64,000 nt of DNA from Octopus vulgaris (taxonomy: Eukaryota), in assembly GCA_951406725.2 (NCBI GenBank), contig OX597823.1, positions 96,968,001-97,032,000 on the forward strand. Reading direction: 5' to 3'. Position numbers and translations under genes: made by a program. Of this stretch, positions 39,301-52,500 are shown piece after piece (position 1 is the stretch's first letter; each line of letters opens with the position of its first letter). The notes under the pieces were generated by a model. That model was not told where the DNA came from, ran no database searches, and saw only the letters and a list, made by a program, of their open reading frames with translations.

Positions 39301-42300
39301 TGGCTGGTGGCATGTAAAAAGCACCCACTGCACTCTGAGTGGTTGGCATTAGGAATGGCATCCAGCTGTAGAAACTTTGCCAGTCCTCAGTGAAACCGTC
39401 CAATCCATGCCAACATGGAAAGCGGATGTTAAACGATGATGATATGTGTGTGTGTGTGTTTGTCATTTTCTTAAACATCGTGTGTGTGTGTGATTATGGT
39501 TGGTTTTACTTTATGATTTATGGTACCTAAATAATATTTTGTACTCTAGGCACAAGGCCTGAAATTTGGGGGAAGGTGTCAGTCTATTAGATCGATTCTA
39601 GTACACAACTTTGCTCACTCAAATGAAGAGCACAGAGCATGTGTGTGTATACACACACACACACACACCTCACCTGGTGGTGAGATTATCAGACAAAAAG
39701 AATATTAATGGGGGTGGGCAGCAGTCTAACAAAACAAGGCTGCATGAAGTAACAATATTTATTAAGTATATGTAGGCTCGTCATCATTTTGATTATTCAC
39801 TGTCCAAATTTGCATGGGTTGGATGGGGTTTACTAAGGCAGATTTTCTCTAGCCAGATGTCCATCCTCTGGCCAACCCTTGCCCATTTTTGAACCAGGTA
39901 ATATTTCTCTGCCCTGACATGTTTTTTGGAGAATTTACAACAATCACACAATGCCCTGACAAAGAGACATAAATCAACCCACACACACACATACATATTT
40001 ATATGTATATTCAATCAGTTATTTCGGTTTCTATCTACCAAATCCACTCAGAAGGTTTTGGTCAATCCAGGAAGTGGAAGACATTTGCTTAAGGTGCTAC
40101 GCTGTGGGATTGAACCCAAAACCATGTCGTTGAGAACTAAATTCTTGACCATAGTCATGTCTGTGTCTATAGTCACAACATCAGAGATTTATATCATAAT
40201 CATCATTTAACATCCGTTTTCCATGCTAGCATGGGTTGGACGGTTCGACCGGGGTCTGGTACACCATAGAGGCTGCACCAGGCTCCAGTCTGGTTTGGCA
40301 GTGTTTCTACAGCTGGATGCCCTTCCTAACGCCAACCACTCCGTGAGTGTAGTGGGTGCTTTTTACGTGCCACCGGCACAGGGGCCAGAGGAGGCTGGCA
40401 AACGGTCACGATCGGTTGGTGCTTTTATGTTTCACCAACACGGACGCCAGTCAGGCAGTGCTGGCATCTGCCACATTCAGACGGTGCTTTTTATGTGTCA
40501 CTGGCACAGGTGTCTTAACTACAATTTCCATTTGATTTTAATTTTGATGTTGGTGTTGATGTACTTGACTCAATAGATCTCCTCAATTCAGTCAACACTA
40601 CAAGCCTGTTGGCTATTTTATAGAATCCAGAGGGATGACAGGCAAAGTCAAGTCTCTTTCAGCAAGATCCAAACTAATTTTGACCGATATATTACTAAAG
40701 CCCACAAGATTATCTCCATCACTTTGCAGTCTTTCTATTGAAGAAATGTTAATTTGAACCATGTATATTTTAGGCTTTAAAAATTCTTTAATTACTTCTT
40801 ACATTTAGGCATGTTCCTCAGGCAGCCAAATCTATGAAAGATGGTTTGTGGGACCGCAAAAAATATATGGGTACTGAGTTGTATGGCAAAACTCTTGGAA
40901 TTATTGGTTTGGGTCGTATAGGCAGAGAAGTTGCAAAACGTATGCAGTCTTTTGGTATGAAGGTAAGGAATATTTTTAAAATTTTTTTTATGCTAATCTG
41001 ATTTTTTTACCAAATTTCACTGGCAACATATTTCAGTAGAATTAGTTAAGATAATTGTTTGAAAATAAGGAAAAAGAAAAATCAAAATATCCAAAAGAAG
41101 GCCTAAAGGAGGTTCCTAAACATTTTACTACCAAGGTCCCATTATATTTAATCCCTTGTATTGCCATATTTTTCTTGAAATATTCTGCCCTTTTTTTTTC
41201 CAATAGTTTTGACAAATTTTTGTAAAATAACATTGTCATTGTTAAGTTGGTATTTGGAACACAAATTAACATGGGATTTTGAGAGATTTTAATTTGGATC
41301 ACTTTAAAACAGGAAGCATGTATCACAGAAGTAAGAGTGGTTTCAGTGGGTTGGTACCAAGGCTGACCCTAGGGTTGTTGGTGCCACAGGCAAGCTGAAC
41401 TTCAGCATGTACAAGCTGATGGTTGTGGAAATTTCTTTGTCTTTGTTACTTTGTCATTTTTAGATGTGCATGCTCTCCAATTTATGAGGAAACGGTCGGA
41501 TGGGGGCACACTTGTTTAGGTATACCTAATATATATATATTTAGGTAAATTTTAGGAAGTACATCCGCATGTGTTTCCCCAAGAAAAACAAAAACAAGAT
41601 TGGTGGAAGATTTTAATTCAAAACTTATGAAAACAAGACATTTGTACTCAGGGCCAATTTCAGCTGGGTTGGTAACAGAAGGGTTAATATAATGAGGTTT
41701 TAATTTTGGCACAAGCAATTTTGACTCAAAGGCGGTGAGCTGGCAGAAACGTTAGCAAGCCAGGCGAAATGCTTAGCGGTATTTCATCTGCTGTTACGTT
41801 CTGAGTTCAAATTCCACCGAGGTTGACTTTGCCTTTCATTCCTTTGGGATCAATAAATTAAGTACCAATTACGCACTGGAGTTGATGTAATCAACTTAAT
41901 CTCCATGGGCAATAAAGAAATAACAAGCAATTTTGACACAAAGACTTTAGTCAATACCATCACTTCTAGTACTTGACTGGTACTTTATAATACAATTTGA
42001 TTCAAAACGGTGATTCTTTACCAAGGTCCAAATGACTCTTGGGGGTCCATGTAAGATTTCGTTGAAATTTAAATGCAATGAATTGGTTATATTTAAACAA
42101 TACATAAAAATATTTTAATTTTTTTATTCAATTCCAAATAATTAATTATAAAAATATAAGATTTTTCAAACATTAAGTAGCCTGAGGAGGAGGGTGGGTG
42201 TCTGAGTAAAATAGGAATCAAGGAGTCCATAGAGAAAAAAATGGTTGAGAACCACTGATTTAAAAGAACAAAATCTCTTAAAATAGTTTTCCTAATTATT

Positions 42301-45300
42301 ATTCTTCTAAAGTTTGTTTTCTTTCTTTCAGACTGTTGGTTTTGACCCAATAGTAACAGAAGAAGAAGCTCTGAAGTGCAACATTACGAAATTATCTCTG
42401 GAAGAAACACTTCGCTTGTCCCATTATCTCACAGTTCATACCCCATTGATTCCCCAAACCAAATGTAAGGTTTGATACACTAATTACTGCTGTTTTATTA
42501 TGTAATTAATTAACAATCATGTATGCTCAATGTTATTTTCAGCACATATGACTATATTACAACCCCACAACAAATTTATTTATGCATACATATGTACGAC
42601 AGGCTTCCAGGGAGTTTTTGCCTTTCTGTCTGCCGAATTCACTCATAAGGGTCATCTCCCATAGCCTGAGACTAAAGATGCCTCTCACCCAAGATGCTGT
42701 GCAGTAGAACTGAACCTAAAACCACATGGTTGCAAAGCAAACTTCTTAACTGAGCTTGAGTCTATGAAGATAATTTTTATATTTCTTCGTGAAACTTGAA
42801 AAATAAGTACAAATTAAATACAAATTAAATAAATACAAATTAAAATAAATACAAATTAACGAGGCAAACAAGATTAAATCCAGCACCATTCCCTGTTTCT
42901 GATATTGTTTTGTATTTTGTTTTTAATTTTATTTATGTATATATATATATTTCTTTTTTGGTCTTTTGTCCCAGATCTGATAAACTCTCAAACCCTGTCA
43001 TCCTGTCCTAAGGGAGTAAAAGTGGTAAACTGTGCACGTGGTGGAATAATCAATGAGAAGGATTTGCTTTCAGCTTTAGAATCTGGTCAGTGTGGAGGGG
43101 CAGCACTTGACGTCTTTGAGCTGGTAAGAGTTTCTTAATTAACCCTATTGTTGCCATATTTTTTTTATTTTTCCTTTGTTTTAGATTATTTTGAAAATTT
43201 GCTAAAATAACTTTGGAATGTTAATTAATGTGAAAATTTGAAAGATTTTAATTACTTTAAAACAGGAAGTTTGTATCATAAAATCAAAGGGTGGTCTTAA
43301 AATGGTTGATATCAAAAGGATTAAATCCCATCCTACCATCATTTGATGATGTAGTCTGGGATTTACTGTGATTAGATAAAAAAAAAATGATGGATGGCTA
43401 TGGCTGGGATGTCTTTGAACATAAGATCTGCTTAACCCTTTTGTTATATTTGGAAATTCACTGTCCTTGCTTCAATTTATTTTGAAAATAATGAATTTAG
43501 TAAAATGCCTGTCATTATTAATCTGGTTTGGAGCATAAATTGGTTTCAAATTTTGGCCTAAGCCAGCAATTTTGTGGGAGGGAATTTGACCTTGGTAGAA
43601 TTTGAACTTACAATCTAAAGACAGATGGAATGCTGCTAAGCAATTTGCCTGGTGTGCTAATGATTCTGCCAACTTGTCGCCTTCATTTGGAACATTAATT
43701 AACATGAAATTTTGATAGGTTTTAATTTAGATCATTATTAAAAAGGAAATAAGCAGCCTCAGACCAATTGGTATCAAAATAGAAGCTGCCATAGAAATAA
43801 GGGTGGTCTCTAGTGGTTTGCTGTCAAAATGGTTAAAAATAAAGCTATGGCAATATGTTGAGTGATCTCAGTATGTATTTGGTGCATTTTAAACGTTTTT
43901 TGTATTTATATATCTTTTTGAAAAAAGATTTCTTATATTTTTTTTTTGTCTTATAGGAGCCTCCCACAAATTCCAACTTAATTCAGCATGAGAAGGTGAT
44001 CTCTACTCCACATCTGGGAGCTAGCACCGTGGAAGCTCAGAAACGGTGCGGAGAAGATGCAGCACGGCAGATTGTTAACTTTGTGCAAGGTGTTAACTAC
44101 ACTGGAGCTGTAGGGATGCTGTTTTTCATATTTTTATTTTTCTCTCTTAAATGTGTGTGTGTGTATAAAAATGTAAATAGATAGGTATTGATAAGTGTGT
44201 GGTGGTGGAACTTGGCCTGTACTTTATGATTATGTTCAGGCTGTGTTTATGAAGTGTTTTGGCATCAGTTCAGCCTTCACTCAGAATCTGTAATTGAAGG
44301 TGTCACCTCAACAAAAAATTTCTTTTTTGTTTTTTGTGTAATGTATCTAGGACACATTACCCACCTGCCTTTTTTTTTTCTAAATGGCAAGACAGTTAGT
44401 TTTTGTGCCTACCTGTGTCACTTTGTCTCTCCTCTTCCTCTTTATCTGTTTTTTTCTAAATGAATCTAGGACTCATTGCCCACCTGCCTTTTTTTTTCTA
44501 AATGGCAAGACAGTTAGTTTTCTGTGTCACCTTGTCTCTCCTCTTTGTCTTTACCCTTCTCTAAATTTTATTAATTTGTACCTATCTGAGAAATCAACAT
44601 TTGTCCATTGATATTTTCAGCTCAATGGTTTTGGCATTATGAATGCTGTTGACCCGAAGATTCAACCTTGGATGTCTTTAGCTTACAATTTTGGAATCAT
44701 TATTTGGAAATACATTGAAAAATTTCTGATGACTTCCTTCCAAGATGTAAAACTTGCAGTCAATTTAAAAGGTAAAACTACAATGTTTCTTTACAATCTT
44801 TGTTTTTTTCTGACACAGCTTACTAACCAATTGACCATATCTCTAAAGTATCTCACCTCTTGGTGCTAGTTTACTCTGTAAGAAATCATGCCTACAGAAA
44901 TAGTTGCAATTCCTTGATTTGCCACATTTGTTTTGGCAAATTATTTCAGAAACAATTTTCTCATTTTGTCTTTAAGTATAAGCATGACTGTGTGGTTAAA
45001 AAAGCAGCTTCCAAATCACATGGTTTCAGGTTCGGTCCCACAGCATAGTACCTTGGGCAAATTTCTCTCAACAATATAGTTGTAGCAGTTATTGGTGTCA
45101 TGCACCTGACACATAAAAGCAACTATTACTCTTGGAGTGGTTGGCGTTAAGGGCATCGAGATATAGAAACCATGCCATATCAGACTGGAGTCTGGTGCAG
45201 CCTTGGTCAAACCGTCCAACCCATGCCAGCATGAACAACAGATGTTAAAAGTTGATCATCTTTGAAAACAAAACAAAGTAAACAGACTGACAGGAGACCT

Positions 45301-46534
45301 GATGGCTGGTGGAAGAAATAGAAATTTTATTTTCACCTGAAAGTAGAATTGTTTGGAAGAAAGAATTTCAACGAAGATATGAGAAAAAATATATTGGTGC
45401 TATGGATTTAAGAAGTGACTAGAATGTTCCAAAGTAATTAAACCTATTATTAACATCAGAATGATTCCATTTGACATTAGAATTATTCTAATAAGATCAA
45501 GATGGAATGTAAATAAGATGATCACCTCACTTTCCTTGCAGGATGTGCACTTTAGCTCCAACATCATAACCCTACTTTGTGATGTATCCACTGGCTAATC
45601 ATCCCATTAGCCTGGTGCTGGAAGGTTTTTGATGTCCCACCCAGGTTTTAGAGCCACATGGTGCCTGCTGTCAAGCAAATTTCTCTGGCACAGTATGGCC
45701 AAGCAAACAGGGGAGTGGACCAAGACCTGTATCCTCTGTCAACAAACCAAAGTCCATCAGCACACCAAAGCACCTCTTGACGACTATGAACTGCCACAGG
45801 CCTGTTTCTGCCACATCATCATTGACCTCATCAGTCCCCTACCACCTTTGCAAGGTTGCTCATACCTTACTGACCTTGACAGACCACTACACGTTGGCTT
45901 GAGGCTATCCTTCTGCACCTTCATCACAAACTGGGTTGCTTGTTTCTCTGTCCCAGACAGCATCTCATCTGATCATGGCCCTCAATTCACCTTGAATCTG
46001 TGGAATGACTTGTGACCTTTCTGGAATGACAATGAAGTGAACAACAGCCTACCATCCCTGGGCCAATGAGTTAGTGGAGAGATTTCGCCGCTGCACTGCC
46101 CAAGAACTGGTAATGAATGAACTGTAGGCTAGCTTGTGAGCTGGTATGCAGTGAAGAGACTTCCAGCTAGGTAGGACTCCTCTGGAGCACCAGTTGGCTG
46201 ATTGCTTTTGCCTTCACAGTAAATAACCAAATGTAACAAAATAAATTCTACATCATCACAGTCTCGTTCTTAGTTGATTGTTTTTATAGCTTAACTTTTG
46301 TTGTTTTTTTAATTTTTTTGTTTGTTTTTTGTTGTTGTTTTTTAATTAGTAAATTCTGGAATCCAATTTCAGGTTGTGGACTAAAAACTGCTAAAGACAG
46401 TATCATTGGTGCTTTTTATACTGGTATCTTGAAAGAAAATAACAGAAATGTTAATCTGGTGAATGCTTTCAAGATCTTTGACCAGAATAAAATGGATGTA
46501 AGTTTAATATGTTTATGATCTATAACATTCCAAT

Positions 46535-46573
<39 letters not shown>

Positions 46574-49500
46574 ATCAAAATAAGCAACAAAGATATCCAA
46601 GGTAGTGTAGTACAATTGTTTCATGCTACTTCATTTTATTAAACACTGTAAGTATTACATCAGTTTTAAAATGTTGAGCAATCTTCTACCATGGATATCT
46701 TTGTTGCTTATTTTGATTATAATCACCCCATTTGATTTATATGGATAATACCATACAAAATTCTGCTGCCTTTAACTTAAGTACCATATTCATCTGAATC
46801 TAAATTTTGCTGAACTTTCATATATATATATGGAATTTGTATCTTTGTATCTTTGTGGTACCAGTACCGGTGGCACACAAGAAAACCATCCGAACGTGGC
46901 CGTAGCCAGTACCGCGTCGACTGGCCTCTGTGATGTGGGCACATAACAAACACCATCCGATCGTGGCCGTCCGCCAGCCTCATCTGGCACCTGTGTCGGT
47001 GGCACATAAAAACACCAACCGAAGACCCGGCAAGACTAGTCAGGCCATAACCCGTGGCCCCTACTTGGGACGTTGTCAGTCCACCTGTGCATACCTTCCT
47101 TCTTGTGACAATTGTGAAAACCTAAAAACACCATCCGAGCGTGGCCGTTCGCCAGCCTCGACTGGCACCTGTGTCAGTGCCAGCCTCATCTGGCACCTGT
47201 GTCGGTGGCACATAAAAACACCATCCGAGCGTGGCCGTTCGCCAGCCTCGACTGGCACCTGTGTCGGTGGCAAACACTGCCAGATCTGACTGGCCTGGTG
47301 CAGCCTTCGGGCTCCCCAGACCCCAGTTGAACCGTCCAACCCATGCTAGCATGGAAAACGGACGCTAAATGATGATGATGATGATGATGATATTTCACTA
47401 AGGTATTGCAATGCTAATAACATAGTGCTAGGACTCAATATACATATGCTTTAGTACAATTGTTTTCCAAAATAGATTGTGCTTCTTGTTTGAAGCTCCA
47501 AGGAAGCTTTAAGGGGATACTCAAGCACTCAGCTATGAGGGCAGTGCACTTTGTAGCAGAAACAGCTTTAAGCTAATGGAGTTCATATCTTAATTGTTTA
47601 TTATATTTATATTCTCTACTAGCAGGGCCCATGAAAAATTCATGGAAAATATTAAAATGTAAGCATTTGTAAATTGTGTGCTGGTGCCATGAAAAATGTT
47701 TCTATATTGTGGCAGTTAAAGGCGGTGAGCTGGCAGAATCGTTAGCACACTGGGTGAAATGTTTAGCAATATTTCATCTCTTTACGTTCTGAGTTCAAAT
47801 TCTACCGAGGTCAACTTTGATTTCATCCTTTTGGGGTCGATAAATTAAGTACCAGTTGTGTACTGGGGTCAATCTAATTAACTGGCACCCTCCCCTCCAA
47901 AATTTCAAAACTTGTGCCTATAGTGGAAAAGTATATTGTGTAAAACTGATAACTATATAATCCAACCAAAATATTTAAGTTACGCAAACATAAACAGAAT
48001 TATTATTTAGCCTTAAAATACATCGTATATATTCAAAGAACCCGCTTGGTTTGGTGGTATGGAATGTTTTTCTTGTATTCTTTTATTTTTCTTATTTGTC
48101 ATTTGACGATGGCCATGCTGGAGCACCACTGTTTAGTCAAAGAAATTGACCCCTGGACTTATTCCCTGTGAGCCTGGTGCTTATTCTATCAGTCTCTTCT
48201 GCTGAGCAGCTAAGTTAAAGGGCTAAGTTACTGGCACAGGTGCCAGTAAGGCAACACTGGTAACGATCACACTCAAATGGTGCCTTTTATGTGCCACTGG
48301 CACGGAGGCCAGATAGCCGCTCTGACATCAATCACGCTTGGATGGTGCTCTTAATACCCTACTAGCACGGGACTCGAGTGCCAGTAAGGCGACGCTGGTA
48401 ACAATCACGCTTGAATGGTGCCTTTTAAGTGCCACGGTAATTAATTATATTGTAGGAAAGTAAAAATTAACGGGAAAAAATAGAATTAATATTTTTGATT
48501 TTGTTCAGTTCTATGAATTTTTTTTTTTTTAAATGCTTTTGTCAAGAAATTGGAAAAATCCTGACCAAAACAGAGAAATCCTAACTTAACAAAAATTATA
48601 AAATGAGAAAGTTGTATTTATTTCCACTATGCGACACTTATCGCACACACACATACATTCATATATGTGTGTGTGTCTTTTAGATTTTGTTTACTTGTAC
48701 ACATCAACAAATGAGCCAATTGAACAACTCTGTGTGGTTGTTCAATTTGCTAGAAATAACAGCCAAATCTCTCATACTATGCTCTTGTTAGTATTAAGGA
48801 AAGGGGAAAAATAGAACTAATATTTTTGATTTTTTTCGGCTCTATGAATTCAATTTTTTTTTTTCCAAATGCTTTCATCTGTTACTTGATACAAGAAAAA
48901 GAAATTGGAAAAATCCTGACCAAAAGAGAAATTAACTTAACAAAAAATATAGAAAGAAAAGGTTGTATTCAAAAGCCAAAAGTTGTTTTTTAGCTGAGGT
49001 GTAATTTTATAATTCAAACAAATTCAAAATTTAAATTTCAGAACATAAGACTTAACTTGCTATCTAGTGTATCGCTGAATTCAAATGGGTAGAAGGCTTA
49101 AAACAAATGTGTGTGTGGTTGGGCTTTTAATAACCAGGGATCAATTTCATTTCACTCATAGAAAGGAATTCAAATACCTACCAGCCACTTCCTCTCACTC
49201 TCTCTCTTTCTCTCACTCTCTCATCTCTCACTGCTTCTCTCCCTTGTTCGACACATGTGTCAAATTTAAGTATTTTAAATTTCTCATTAAGATTGTTGCT
49301 GCTTCGATGGCCCTGTAGGCATGGGTGTTGTGAAGTGGTAATACAATACATAGGCAGTGGTTTCAAATCTCTTCCAGAAATTACAAGATAGTTAAAAAAT
49401 TTTTATTTAAGCAACAAAATTTCAACAATTTCTTTTAAGGTGTGTTACATGCATCAGGTATATACAAAAAACAAATTGGCGTATTATTGATACTTGATAA

Positions 49501-52500
49501 TGTCTCTTTGACAATCAGACAAAAGGCTCAGCAGCATTTCTTTTGGTTCTCTGTCTTTTGAGATGAAATACTGCTGAAGTCAATTTTGCCAGTCTTCCTC
49601 TCAAGGTTGACCTGCCAAGTATTTGAGTTGATGTAATTGCCTAAACCTCTCCTCCTAAAACGACCGGCCCTGTGCCAATTATTGTTGTAACTGTTAATAT
49701 TTTATTATTCAGGTTCAAGTGAATTATGAAGAATCTACAGCAGCCTTTTTTTCTGTTGATATTATATCGAAAGAAACAGTTGTGTGGAAGATTGGTGGAA
49801 CTTCACAAGGGCATAACCCAACACTGCTCTATATTGGGAACAATTCTCACCTGACATGCCCTTTGACACTGAAAGACACCTTCTTGTTTTTCCCAATCAG
49901 TAAACAAACTGAAATCATTGAACAGTTAATTCGTAAGTAAATATTGGTCAGTTATAGTCTTTTTTTAGTCGTATATTTTTCAGTTGAAATTTCCTAACCA
50001 AGAACATTACTACATGGTTATGAGATTCAATTTGAAATTGTATGCTTTCAATTATGTACACTGTTTGTATTAGCCAGAGTGGTGTCTTCATCTTGATTAT
50101 TGCTTTCGCAACATTTTGGCTGTTGTACATTCCATTCTTCTTTTGGTGTCTTGTGTCAAACTCAGTTGTTGTAGCAGAATTTCAAACCTAACTCTTTGAT
50201 TCACAGAGGTACACTATTCTCATTTCACTCTCTGTGGAATGTATCAGAATTCTGATACAACAATTAAGTTCATGATAAGACACCTGAAGAAGGGTTGGCA
50301 CATACACAGCTGAAACATAATGAAAGCAACAATCATGATGAGGTTGCCAGTCTGACTAATACATAACATAAATTCTTCATCTCAGAAATATAGAATAGTA
50401 TTGTGTGGTTTTGAGGTCAATGTAGCTGAACAGCACCTTGCACAAGGGCCTTTTGCTTCACACTTGGTTTCAACAAAACTTTCATCATTTAATGTCCACT
50501 GGATTTTTATTTTTTGCAGGGCTGGGGCTGATTTAATTCTTAACCACACGGCTATTTCTGCATGAAAATTGGTGTATTTAATCCATTACTTGTTTAGAAA
50601 CCTACTGCCTGGTCCTTAGATATCCCTTTAGCAGATTTCACTTTTAGGCTTCGCTCTTAGTCTCTGAATTTCTTATCTTTTGAGGAAAAAAGAAAAAAAG
50701 CATAAAGAGTCGTGAGTATTGTTGTTACACCTCAAAGTCATGCAAAAAGAGTAAAAAATGATATTAAAAAGAACAAAGATCTATAACTGATGGTCATTTG
50801 GTCAATTAGCATCTGTATTAGAAATGAAACCTTTCACACTTTAACATTTAAACCAGCTGTAATTCAGCTAAAATAATTATCTTCAGAACCAACCTGATCT
50901 GGCCTCTCAACTTACTCTGCAATGTCATTCTAAAAATAAACAGTCATGTCATGGAAATCTTAAAGCTACAAGTTAATGTGCATTTAAAGTAATTTAAATT
51001 TAAACTTTTAATCAAAATTCAATGTTAATTTATGTTCCAAACACCAGCTTCATAGGGGCAATGTTATTTTACTAAATTCTTCATTGAGTTCAAAATTAAT
51101 TGAAACGAAGTTAGTGTGTTTCAACAGAAATATAACAAAAGTTATAACTAAGTTTATGGGCAGTTTTGTATGTAAATACAGTGAATCCCAGACGACATCT
51201 TCCAATGATGGTAAGGTGCGAATTAACCCTTTTGATACCAACCCACCGGGGACTCTCCCTGGTTCTGTAATACAAACTTGTTTTAAAGTGATTTAAAGTA
51301 AAAACCTAAAATTTCATCTTCTGTTCCAAACACCAGCTTAATGTACACAATTCTTTATTTTCAAAATTGAAATAAAGGAAGTTTCAACAGAAATATGGTA
51401 ATAAAAAGGTTCAGCAGATAGCGAGAGGCATCCAATGATACGGTCACAGATAATGGGAAACTTGGGCCTACTGCTGAGACAACTTAACTCTTCAGCATTC
51501 AGATTGCTTATTTGTTTACATTGTTTTGAATTAATCATGCATTATCCTGTATCTTTAAGATTTCAATGATGTGATTGTATAGTTTTAGGACATTGTAGAG
51601 TATGTGTGAGAGAACAGATCTGGCGGGTTTTAAGATATATATAGGCGTGGCTGCATGGTAAGAAGCTTGCTTCCCAACCACATGGTTCCGGATTCAGTTT
51701 CAATGTGTGGCACCTTGGGCAAGTGTCTTCTGTTATAGCCTCAAGCTGACCAAAGCCTTTTGAGTGGATTTGGTAGGCAGAAACTGAAAGAAGCCTATTG
51801 TGTGCCTGTTTGTCGTCCACCCCCACCATCACTTGCCAACCGATGTTGATGTGTTTGTTCCCATAACTTAGCAGTTCAGCGAAAGTGATCAACTAGGTTT
51901 ACAAAGAATAAGTCCTGGGGTCAATTTGTTCGACTGAAGGTGGTGCTCCAGCATGGCTACAGTCAAATGATTGAAACAAAAGAATATATATATATGGACC
52001 TCACAGAGGCAAAGTGGCTGAGTTCTTTTTGTGTGTTGGGCCTCACAGAAGCAAAGTAGCTGAATTTCTTCCAAGTGTTGGGCCTCACTCAGGCCTCACT
52101 TTTTATTCAGCTTGGTAGCTTACCATAACACTAGTGTTTTTCCCCCCCCCCCAGTCACTGCTTTCCTTTATCGGTTGTCCTAGTGTGCAGCCAGCAGTGG
52201 GTGTGTGCTAGTGACAAGGACCAAAGAGGCCAAAATGTACACTTAACATTCTCACCTCTGCTAGTGAACAATTTTCATCTGCTACTAATATATTTCGTTT
52301 TTAAACACAGTGAGTTCATAAGGGATGTCATCTCCAGGTGAATGCTAGTTCGTTTACTTTTTTTTTACATGTAATACAGGTAGCTTATGTTATTTTATCT
52401 TTATCATTTAATCTTCTTCAGAGAAACAAGATGTGTGTGGAAACTCTCTGTCTTCTATAATTATGCCACATGAAAAGAAAAATGAAAGCTGGTGTGTTAT

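Noticed and set aside
46350-46372. Upstream AG as the exon 9 acceptor
   Set aside because: It is 23 nt upstream, shifts the frame and hits TAA; the acceptor at 46371-46372 preserves the VNLVNA frame.
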